A stretch of 64,000 bases of DNA, taken from the NCBI RefSeq assembly GCF_009914755.1, contig NC_060925.1; one strand, 5' to 3'. The position numbers and the translations under genes were made by a program. Below the pieces are notes generated by a model. It searched no databases. It was not told where the DNA came from and saw only the letters and a list, made by a program, of their open reading frames with translations. Shown here in pieces: positions 43,001 through 54,947 of this stretch (its first letter is position 1; the number at the start of each line of letters is the position of its first letter). The stretch comes from the human T2T-CHM13v2.0 reference genome, Homo sapiens.

Positions 43001-43319
43001 TAACTAGTTTCGGGCCTAATAGTTTAGATGCATAAGGAATTGCTCCCATCTGAATGTAGACAGAGAGTATGTGATGGGCTGAGTCCAAGAAAATGAAACC
43101 ATAAAACCAAAGTCCTACATTTAAAATTTTAAAAAGCAGCAAGACAGAATGGAAGACAGCGACTGAAACGCATGAGTTTTCCTGCTGACCACAAGCACCC
43201 TAGCAGTCAGAAGTGGGATGAAAGCTAATAACACAATACTCAGCTGCATTAATTCAGTGGGTCAGTATTTTTATCAGAGAGAGTAAACTTTACTTTGCTT
43301 TTGGGTTCTATCCATAAAT

Positions 43320-43359
<40 letters not shown>
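43320..43359. repeat. (TG)n(TA)n microsatellite
   Basis: Read directly from sequence. Confidence 0.95.
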
Positions 43360-43519
43360 AAATACTGTGTATATATAATATTACGTGTATAATCATGTTT
43401 TAAAGACCTATATTTAGTTGCACTAAATAATCAAAGCTAAGGAAATCTGGATCTTGTGAATTTCCTCTAGCTTCTTCTCCTTATTCTGCTCTATGATAGC
43501 TCACAACCATAGCTAAAAC

Positions 43520-43745
43520 ATCCTGAGCATCTTCTATCAGCAGTCAGGTACTACAGTAATACATTACCTATATTCACTCATTTAAGATTTACAACAACTA
43601 TTATTACTCTCTTTACTGCAGATGAGGAAACAGAAGCACCATAAAACTGGGGAACCAGTCCAAGGTCAAAAAGTTTATGAGTGGAGGAGCTGAGCTTGAT
43701 CAAGGGAGTGTGGCATCTGAGTCTGAATCCTGATCCCTGTCTCAC
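43520..43745 (-). mobile_element. MIR
   Basis: 'cagatgaggaaacagaagcac...gtccaaggtca' core. Confidence 0.85.
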
Positions 43746-43859
43746 ATCATCTTTTCTCGAGAGAGACTTGGAAATGGAAGACAGAGGGAAGCAGTGTAGT
43801 TTATTTTAGTCTTGGTGAGTGGGAGAAAGATGTTTAAAATATGGATGCAGCTTAGACGT

Positions 43860-44266
43860 TGATATAGTTTGGATGTTGTCCCTGCCCAAATCTCATGATG
43901 AAATGTGCTCTCCAGTGTTGGAGGCGGGGCCTGTTGGGAGGTGACCGGATCATGAGGGTGGATTTCTCGTGAGTAGCTTAGTATCATCCCCTTGGTACTG
44001 TTGTTGCAATAGGAAGGGAGTTCTCATGAGATTTGGTTGTTTGTTTAAAAGTGTGTAGCACCTCCCCCTCCTCTTGCTCCTGCTTTTCACCTGTGTGTGT
44101 CTGTTCCCCTTTTGCCTTCTGCCATGACTGGAAGCTCCCTGAAGACTCCCCAGAAGCAGATGCCTCCATGCTTCCTCTACAGCCTGCAGAACCGTGAGCC
44201 AATTAAATCTCTTTTCTTTACAAATTACTCAGTCTCAGGTATTTCTTTACAGCAAGAATGTCCTAT
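43860..44266 (+). mobile_element. MSTA-like solo LTR
   Basis: Starts tgatatagtttggatg; 'cagcctgcagaaccgtgagccaattaaatctcttttc...tcaggtatttctttacagca'. Confidence 0.93.
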
Positions 44267-46781
44267 AGAGATGTGGATACTTTTTTCCCCCAATCTTGGC
44301 CACTATCATGTCCTTTAAGTTATCAGAGATATATAGGTGTGTTTTCAAACCAGTAGTGTATTTTTGTATAAATAAGAAATTAGCAATTGATTCTCACTTA
44401 TTCCATTTCTCCAGAGATACAATGCTGACACATCCCGAATTTAAAAGCATTTTACCACCTAGTGGTGGGTACCTTGAGAAACTGCCAGATACTCCAATAG
44501 CTCAGAGCAATAAAGAAGAACGGGGGAAAATTTGCTAACATAAATTTTAAGTGGAACCATTTACATCTTGGTAAATCTTCCCTATATGTCAATAAAAGAA
44601 AAATAAAAGCATTATATTAATAATAATCATAATGAGAAGAAATTATACAGTGATATCAATTTCCTTGGGGAGGGTGGATAGTAGTATAACACGCTTCTCA
44701 TTTATTTAATTTTTCATATGTGGCTTTTTGTACTACTGAAATGGTAAACCATCCATGAGGGTGTGGCTGAAAGGGATGTTTAGTTTATGTACAAAAATGC
44801 AGGAGAAGCACACCCCTAGTCCTTCACTGACATATTTCCGAAACATCAGAAAATATTCTAATCAAAACCGCTGTTGATTGGAACAGGATAATAGAAAATT
44901 CAATTGAAACAAAAGTAAATGAAAGAAGAAAAACAATCGGAGTCTCTATTAAAGAAGAATTTATATGTCATGAATTCCTTCTATTTTACTGGGTACCTTA
45001 TTTGATCATTTAATACTTGCAACAATGTTGTGAGAAAGGTATTGGTATCCTCATTTTACTGATGAGAAAATTGGGTTTCAGATACTGTAGGTGCTCAATG
45101 TCACACACAAGTTAGGCAGGTTTCAAAGAGGTTCAGATGACAAAGCCTCTGCCTAGGATGACACCTCATCTAAGAAGGACAGCAGTCACCTGCTCACAGG
45201 GAGGTGATCCACACTTGTGCTCTGATGCCAAGTGTCAGGTGGACAGAGGTGAAGAGACATAACATCTGGAAACATGAGTAGAAGAAAGCTCACCAGGAGC
45301 AGGAGAGCTGGTTATTTTCGTGAAAGATAAATTGATGGGTTGCTTGCTGATAGCTTGCAGTGCTATTCCAGATAGGCTGGTAACCCAAATAACTTGTGGA
45401 ATTCTCCACAGCTGAGGAGAAATGGAAAAAAAAAAAAAAAAAGCACTAGCCAAGAAGTCATTCGATTATGCTAAACAAAATCAATTCATTTATGACTTTT
45501 CACTTTCGTAAGGTGGGGAATGAGTGGTTTCTTAACGTTCATCCAGCAATTGTTTTCTAGCCTCATTGCACGACTGCTTTTTAAGTTCACCTTGACCTAA
45601 AGGCAACCTTACAAAATGCTTTGCAAAGTTGTGGAAATGTTGCATTCCACATGGTTGTGAATAGAAAGAGCTTCTTGAGGCCTTGATTAGAGCTGGGTGG
45701 AGCTAAGCCTGAAACAGATGATGGCTACACTACACTGCAGGCCCAGCTGCCCTGCCCATGGGCACAACAGCAAACCCAGAGACAGTGCAGGGAGGCTGGG
45801 AATGGGTCAAGTTTAAATTAGGCACAGGATTTGGCAAGCCACTACATAAAAATACAACAGCCCAACAGAAGGCCACGTTTGGGTAGCCAGCCGTCAAGTG
45901 CAATGTGGGAGGCGCCCTGTCTGGAAGAGAAAATGGGAAAGAATCCACCATAAGAACATGACTCAAAGAGGTCAGTGATGGGCATAAAAATATGTCCATT
46001 GCTTCTCAGAAATCTTGCCAAGAGGACTGGATTTCTAATACCAGCAAGCACCAAGAAACAGAATAAGAAGAACTAGATTGTCCTCCTTTTTCTGATGTTT
46101 ACTAAACCTCTATTTTCTAACTATATTGGTGGCAGGTAGCATTTTCTATAAAAACCTAGCTTTCTCTGGTACTTTTACTTTTTTTCTGCCTCTATAGAAA
46201 TTTCACCTTAGTTTATAGCTGGAGGAACATACTCTTCATTTAATTTTCCTATCTGCCTTGCTGGGCAGGTGGTTTTGGACTGAACTGATTACATTTTAGG
46301 TAACAGGATATTTCTCAGAGACAGCATGTCTTGCTGGGTATTTTGGGATTCATGGAAAATAAAAAGAAAAAATGAAAAGAAATCCATTCACCTTTCATGG
46401 CAGTGATTTAGTAGACATTCTGTGGTCTCTATTAGGAACTGACCCGAATAGAAAGCTAGATTAGCCTAAAAAAATAAAAAAATGTAGAATCTGGTTTACA
46501 AAACTCCTCAGTTTCTGTTTTTATGCCTTAGAGAACATGTATGAGTTCAAATATAATTACAAATAAGTAAAAATATGTCAGGCCTATGTTTAAGTGTTTT
46601 TTTTTTTTTGTATTTACTAGCAGTGATGTTTTTGTCAAAACATTTTTATTCTCTGATCTTTAGTCACTTTACTGTAAAATGAAGATGAAGTCAGCTCTGC
46701 TTATCTCACAAGTCTTTTGAAAGACTCCAATAAAACACTGTGTAGAATCTTCGTTAAGCCTTAGGTGTTCAGTTAATTTTA

Positions 46782-47010
<229 letters not shown>

Positions 47011-48998
47011 AATATACTATGTGATAGTTGTTAATTAGAATTTTATTTTGTCTTATTGAAAAATTTCTTCTCACTTTGAAATTTACTAGAGTAAGTTGGA
47101 ATTATTAGTTTTTCAGAAACAGAGAGAGCTGGAAAGCCATCTTTATGACATCCCTCATTACAGACCAACCACCAAGTGATCTAACTGGTACATATACCTT
47201 GAAAGACATCTGATAAACACAGAGCACACCTGATGAGTTAAGCCAGGTGGAGGTAAAAGCTACATTTTTCATTAAAATACCACAGTGCTGGAAATTTCTA
47301 AAAGACCTTGAGTGGTGATAGTTGTAGGGGATGCCCTGGCCAAAGTGGCCTGTGGCGTTGCATGCTCCCACAAAAGCCATGTAGGCAAGACTCAATGGCG
47401 TTGGAACCGTGTCTGGGCAGAATGCTCTGTTTTCCTTTCTGGAACATGGCATGATGAGCAAGCTATCCACGGCTGTCGCAGGCCATTTCACATCCACCTC
47501 CCTATCTTGCAGGAGGCTCTGTGTCCTGCCGAAGGTTGTCATGAGGCTCTTTCCCATCAACCTACCTGGTACCAGTGAGGCATGGAATTTTCCCCCTCGC
47601 CCTTCTTGGATACAGCTGCGGACCGTAAAACCATTCAGCTCTAGTATGAAATTGACTTCTCAACTACAGAGTGGCTCACTCCCTGTGATGCGTGTTTTCC
47701 GGTCCCTCCAGGTTGATGGTGTCCTGTGGGGACAGGGATGAGACCCTGAAGAAGTATATGCTGGGTTACTGAAGCTGAATCAATGCTTTTCTCCAGGTGT
47801 GTGTATTTATGCACCTGTCTTTTCTCGAGGGGACTCCCTAAGCTCCCAGCCAGGTAATATGCACACGATAGCACCAGAGGCAGGATGGAGAAAGGAGGTC
47901 AAGCTCTCCAAGTTCAGTAATATAGGCATGTATTTACATGCCTTTTCTATCCCAGGTCTTGCCACTGTCTGGTGTTCTCAAGTCAGGAGCTTCTCAGTAT
48001 TTTCAAATAATAAACCTCTGTGGCCTCCCTGGGAGGCTGCATGGAGTAGGGGAAGACCCTGGAGATCTAGCTTCCTCTAGATCCATTCTTACAATAAATC
48101 CATCTCTTTCCAGCCCTGTTCCTCAATCTCATTTCTCATGGTGCTGAGTTCCATGGGGCAAACTGGTTCATTAATCACAGGTATCTCCATGTTGAGAGCT
48201 GGGTTGTAGCTCTATCCTTTCTGCTAAGGCAATTACTGCTCTTCCATCACTTCCCTTCCTTTATTCCAAAAAAAACCCCACATCTTTCATTCATTATTTC
48301 CTTCTGTCCTGTTCTCCTTGTCCTTGTGGATTACCACCTTTCGAACATTTCTTTATTGCAGCTTCTATTGGTTTGGGGAAGAACGGGAGACTAACTCTAC
48401 TGGCCAGTTTTCCATCTGTAATGATAAATTCCCAGCACAGGTGGGTGGAATATGCATCCTTCTTGTATTCTTAGTGCATTTCACAGAACCTGACTACAGA
48501 AGGTGCTCAAAAAAAAATCAGTATTGAAGAGGTGGCTACATACAACAAATGTACACTTTGGCTACAAAGTTAGATAAACTAGCTTGTTCAGCAAACATTT
48601 TCAGAGTATAGTATTCTATACTAGGACCCTTGACACTGGATGCCAGGGCAGATAAAACACAATTCTTATTCTTTATTGTCAGTAATGTGGTGAAAGTCCC
48701 TTGGAATCGGGTGAATCTGCAAAATTTCAGTGGGAACAAGAGCATGCACCACCCAGGCTTATGTCCTAGTCTTTCCAGGGTCTGGGAGTAAGAAAAAGAT
48801 ACAGAAACCTGATTACAGTCATACAGTTAATAAGTTAACAGACAACACCCTGTGGAATTAATTCACCTTTCAATATTCATTATAAATGCCGTCTTCCTTC
48901 TTTGAATCTCTGCAATTGTGGCAAGCCAAGTTTATGCCGTACCTTAGCGATAAAAGTAGAGATGATTAACTGTCTTTCTGTCTTTGTCTCTTCGTTCC

Positions 48999-49289
<291 letters not shown>

Positions 49290-49509
49290 TGTCTCTTAGT
49301 TTGTTTTAATTTTAAGAGGAACAATGGTGCTTTGTTTTGGTTTATGCCACCCAAAGAAATAGAAGTATGCAACTTTAAAAGAAAATTTTCAGCCAAGGGT
49401 AAAAACATAAAAATAAAAATAACCAAATTGGTGTCAGATGCAAAGAATCCCTTGAAAATTGGTGAGGATTGAGGAATAGAGAAGGATACTGAAGAGGGAT
49501 CTATTATTC

Positions 49510-49900
49510 AAAACTCAATTACCAGAAACCCAAGTTAAACTAAAGGAAGTGGGAATTTAATGTCTCAGTAGCTGCAAAGCTTCAGGTACAGCTGGAGCCA
49601 GGTATTCAAACGCAATTGTTAGGTTCTTCCCTCTTCTGTACTGGCTTCACGTTCAGACAGATTTCATTCTCGTGTTTACACCTAACAGCTTAGCAATCAG
49701 TGCAGAAATATTCTCTTTCCCCAACAGTTCTAGCGAAAGTACTGGCCACAAGTCTCTGACTTGCCAAACCTGAGTCACATTCCTCCTCCTCACCCTCACT
49801 CCAGAGGACTGGGTTGCCCTGCTCAAACCATATGAACCGAGAGTCAGGTCAGGTTGTTACACAAAGGAAATCCAAGGAAATGTTGCCAGGAAAAGGGGAG
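49510..49900 (-). mobile_element. Old MLT1 (K/L-like) LTR
   Basis: 'cagaaacccaagttaaact...ggaatttaatgtctcagtagctg...cttcaggtacagctggagccagg'. Confidence 0.6.
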
Positions 49901-50476
49901 AAGGCTTTTAAGCCAGTATATGCGGTAGCTACAATTAGTGTAAGATAATACTGGCCCTGGAGTTTTGGCTGCATCACCACTTAAAAAAAAATTTAAGTTT
50001 TGAATTAAGCCAAATTGCTTAGCACAGAAGGCTGGTTTGGAGTGTAGCTATTTTTGAATTATTTACTGAGCTTCCCACTGCATTTGCCCCCCACAACTCT
50101 TAGCATCCATCTCTTGCTAAAAGGCCACCTGACCAGAATGTTAAGAGAAATATCCAATAGCCTCTACAGAAAGAGTAGAATATTTATTTTTAGCTTTATG
50201 ATATTTGTTCTTAAATGCTTTTCAGCCTGGAATGACTTCAATGAGATTTGTACATTTAAAGGCTGCCAAAAAAAGAAGGGGGAAAAGTCGAATATTAAAG
50301 AAAATCTCACTCACATCCAAAAGTGGAAGATTCTTTAAACTTTTAAAGAAAATGTTAGTTCTATTTTTAACTCACTTTTGGGTTGTCTAAGGCTTAAGAC
50401 TAACATAAGAAGAAATAGGTCGAGCAACAAAAACTTGAAAACCAAAAGATTTTATACTTGGGAATTAACCTTTTAT

Positions 50477-50494
50477 TAACCCTAACCCTAACCC
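50477..50494 (-). repeat. (TTAGGG)3 short interstitial telomere-like repeat
   Basis: taaccctaaccctaaccc on the + strand. Confidence 0.9.
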
Positions 50495-50590
50495 CCTTTT
50501 GACGAGGAGAAAAAGAGAGAGAAAGGAGACCCTTCTATGTGCAATTCAGGGTTCAGTCATCTCAGAATTTTCCATATACAGGCCCTAGAT

Positions 50591-50810
50591 CAGGGGTGTC
50601 CAGTATTTTGGCTTCCCTGAGCCACATTGGAAGAAGAAGAATTGTCTTGGGCCATACATAAATCACACTAACACTAACGATACCTGATAAGAAAAAAAAA
50701 TGCAAAAACGTCTCATCATGTTTTAAGAAAGTTTACAAATGTGTGTTGGGCCACATTCAAAGTCATTCTGGGCCACATGCAGCCTGTGGGCCATGGGTTG
50801 GACAAGCTTG
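50591..50810 (+). mobile_element. MER30 (hAT-Charlie MITE), complete
   Basis: Ends caggggtgtcca / tggacaagcttg; perfect 8-bp TSD ccctagat. Confidence 0.96.
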
Positions 50811-53099
50811 CCCTAGATGATTTTTCTAAAAGGAAATTTGTTCTGAAAGACAGTAGTCAGTATACCTTTACACAATTTCATGAAGATGTCTGGGTTATGA
50901 GAATTGTCCTACTAGGAAGAGCTACCAAAATAGCTCATCACCTTGAGGTACTGTGGAGTGAAAGTGACCAGGTGCTTTACATCAAGTTTACACCAAGCTT
51001 TACTTTCCAAACTTTTTAAACTGTCAGTACAACTCCTTTTGAACATATCTTCTAGGTTGGCTCTTGGAGTGATACATCCATCACCCCATTCTACTCCAAA
51101 TTCATTTGAAATTGGCAATTTTCAGGTTCCAACTTGCGATGGCTTAACACTCCAGGCCTCCCTAAGATGGCACTGAACATAGGGCAGCCCTCCTGGAGGA
51201 CCCCACAGAGAGGCCATGGAGCATGAGAGTGAGCTGTACCTGGCATGATGTATGCAACGTGGCTTATTCTCTTTGATTCAGGTTTTACGTTTCTCGAATG
51301 GAGCCTCTTCTAGGTTGCTATCCATTTACCTCCCCATCTCTCTCTCTCTTTGCCTTTTCCTGGTTGAGTCCTTCCCGGGTTAACCCAGCCCTCCTGATGG
51401 CTTCCCTTCACTTTGAAATCCACAGACAGGAACAACTCTACATTTAATGATAAACTGTCTTACATTCCTCCCTAATTAGTTCAAATTGAAAGTTTGCTCT
51501 CACATTTGGAATTTTAGTATGGCTATGATAAATACTTGTGGGCTCCTCACTCGGAGCAATCTCTGAACAGACGATCTGAAGCTAGATATACAACATTCTC
51601 ATATAGTGTTCAGTGTGAATCAATATCAAAGTTTAAATTCCCAGTGATATTAATAAAAGAGGTGAGAATTTGTTGCTCATATCAATAAGAATTAGACCTA
51701 AAATCACACTAGTGATCTTTGGACTTAATTTAGTGTTCATTCATTTAGATACAAACTGAGTGTATAGTTTCTGTTTAAAGGAAGAGTATTTTGTCCGTGA
51801 TCACCGGTGCACCCAATGGCCAATTGATTTCTGTTTACATTCTGATAATTCTTTGCTTATCAGATCATTTCACATGAGAATCAAGCCCTCTGCAATAAGC
51901 AGTGGGAAAAATTTTAGTCGGTGAAAAACTCCAACGCCTCAAAAGAAAGAGTGTAACTTTCAAAACTGTCATTTTTGTTCTCATGGTAAAAATCTGACTT
52001 TGTGTCAATCATTCCCCAAATCTTCAGTTGAGGAAAGAGGTCATGCTCTACATTAATTACAGATGACAAGCTAGAGACAAAACTAAAAGTCCAACCTCAT
52101 AACTTCGCTTTTCTGCCTCTCCCTGGTCAAAACAAACCCTCTTATACCAACTATTCTTTTTTATCACTTGAGTGCTATGTACAGGGTAAAAGTAGGATTA
52201 CCTCAGAATAATAATTTTACACATAATTTTTGTAAGAAAAGGGTTCATGATAATACTTTTAAAAATAAACAGCTAGCCCAAATATTCCTCCATAACAAAA
52301 TGTGACAAAAGGAAGTTAGAACAAAATCTTAATTTACACAGAAAGTAAAACTGTTTCCCTGTAAACAAGCTGGGCTGTCATGAAAATGGATAAGGGTTCA
52401 CAGAAATTTGACCCAAAGAATAAAGAATGAACGGATGACACAAAAATGGCTAACTGGATAAAAATATGTTCTGTGTGATTAATAATAAGTCTCCAAATCA
52501 CAGTACTTGGAGAGAAGGGATGGGCATACTACTGTGGAATTCTGGATGTGTCAAGATCTGGCCTGGGTTCTGGGAACACTGGATCTCTTTGTTCCTCTCT
52601 CTGCTGTTCAGGGACAGTGGAAGGGGAGGAAAAAGGGATCGTGGTCCAGTGTACGTGGCTCAGGGACTGGGCCTCTGGAAGCCACAGGGACCAGCGATAG
52701 TCACACTTCTTCAGCCCTCCAGCGATTGCTCTCTGTTTCTGTTCTGTTTTCACACTGTTATCCTTCAGCACAGCTCTGTGCGCTGTTTGCCTCTCCTCCA
52801 CTGGTGGCTGCTCTCTGCTAAATAAGCATGCCACTTGTTCACTGGGTAAAGTGAAAAAGACGTTGCTTGTAAAATAATTGAGTCTCCAAAAAAAGAAAAA
52901 GAAAGCGTCTGGATCACTATCCGTGTCACCCCTACCCTGAGAAGTCTCTTACCGGGGTGACTTTTCTTCAAAGAAAGCATTTTCCAAACTAAGTGCAGAA
53001 TGAAGCAAAAAACAGGAAAGAACTCAGATTATTTTATGACGTCACATGATGCTGAATTACAGGGTGGAAAGAAACAGAAACACAGACCACTGACTTATT

Positions 53100-53391
53100 G
53101 GAGAGAGAGAGATATATATACCATGTATACGTAATATTATATGTCATATAAAATATATTTAATTACATATAATATATATTTATAGATCTCCATGGCCTGT
53201 GCTTCTATGGAATCAAATTGTTGTGTATGCATCTATGGGCATATACAGAAATATTATATATTAATATATAAATAATATATATGTTGTTTAGATGGAGAGA
53301 GATCAGAGGAGCACTGACCATGGAAATATAGATAATATACAATATATATAAAAACATATAACATATTTTTCCTGTGATATGTGCTTCTGGT

Positions 53392-53435
<44 letters not shown>

Positions 53436-53612
53436 CATAAACTGATACTACAAAAGCACAGATCACCAAAATAGTATATATAAAATATATATACAGCATA
53501 TTATGTATTATATAATATGTGGTCTGTGGTCCTAGATATCTATACACACATAATGCACACACACACGTAAGTTATGTGTGTGTGTGTGTGTATATACACA
53601 TACATATACATA
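53100..53612. repeat. AT-rich low-complexity region with (TG)n runs at about 53395-53434 and 53575-53591
   Basis: Read directly from sequence. Confidence 0.85.
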
Positions 53613-53629
53613 TCCTAATCTGGTAGCAC

Positions 53630-53671
53630 TTTTGTTGTTGTTGTTTAGATTCAGGGGGTACATGTGCAGGT
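53630..53671 (-). mobile_element. About 40-bp L1PA 3' terminal stub
   Basis: (TTG)n tail plus 'ttagattcagggggtacatgtgcaggt', the extreme L1PA 3' end. Confidence 0.7.
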
Positions 53672-54918
53672 GATCTGTATTATTTATTCTTCCTTGTTCC
53701 ATATATATTAGATTAACCAAGATTTAAATATCAGCTCTATTACTAACAGTAACACCTGGACCAAGTTATTTAACTTCTGTTTACTTATAAGACCATAAAT
53801 ATATAAATTAATACATTTAAGGAATACTTACTGAATGCTGGTAGAGTATGAGCACTTAATAAATGCTAGTAGTTGCTGACAGCACTTATGACCAAAACAC
53901 TTTCACAATCATATATGCATCAGAGCCAGGGCTGCCGTTTAAAATATAATGTTCTCATTTGCAACGGGAGAAATGGCACGAAAATCCAGGCCCCTCTACC
54001 ACCGGTATGTACTCTTTCCACTACTCAGACAGAGGAATACTTACATTTGAATGAGAATATCCAATCTTCTAAAAATTAACTGTAAACCAAACGACAAAAT
54101 TTAAATGGAGAGTGTTTGGGGGGCTCTGGAGGAATTTGAAACTTGTATTTAATTTCCTGGCTCTTCATCCTGAAATGCGTCTAAGCTAGTAACAGACAGC
54201 AAAACCGAGTTCCTATCTCTCTAGTGTTCCCTGCTGAGATAAAAGCGACGTGCAGCACCGGATGCCAACAGAGCAAATAATTACACTGAGTGCTCTTTCC
54301 ACAGCCAATGAATCGGAAAGTGAAATTTTTGTGGATGCACCTGAGTGCTGGGGACATCAGCTGTCCTATGAGAAGTCATTAACATTTTCTGAATGTCTAC
54401 TGTGTGCCAAACACTGATTACTAAAGAGGACGCAAATTGAAATGAGAGATTATTCTTGTACTCCAGGTGCTTAAAGCCGTTATTAAGGATCATATCACAT
54501 GTCCATCGAGAATAAAATGTCAGGTAAGAAAAATTCCATGAAGAAGAACAGAGTGCTAGGAAAATGCAAGAAAAGGAATGATTAATGCCAGCTAGCTTGG
54601 GGAGGGGGCTATGATGAGAGAAAGGCTAAGGACAGGGACAGTGAGACAGGGACAGTTCTCTCTCCTAGAATTATTAGGAGGTAAAAATTTGGAGCTCTTC
54701 TACTTATGATTAAACAGAAAGAGGCATGAGGAGAAAACCAAATGATGTCATCAGAATAAAAAGGCACTGCAAAACAGTAGATTATACATGCACCTTGAAT
54801 GTGCTGTCTGATAAATCAGCATTTTACAAAAACACATCCGGACTAGCAATTCAGAAGAAAGCAATGTTAATGCATTAATTCAAAGAGAGCAAGCCATCCC
54901 CACCCTCACCCCATAGGC

Positions 54919-54947
54919 TTTTATTTATTTATTTATTTATTTATTTT
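54919..54947. repeat. (TTTA)n microsatellite
   Basis: Read directly from sequence. Confidence 0.9.
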
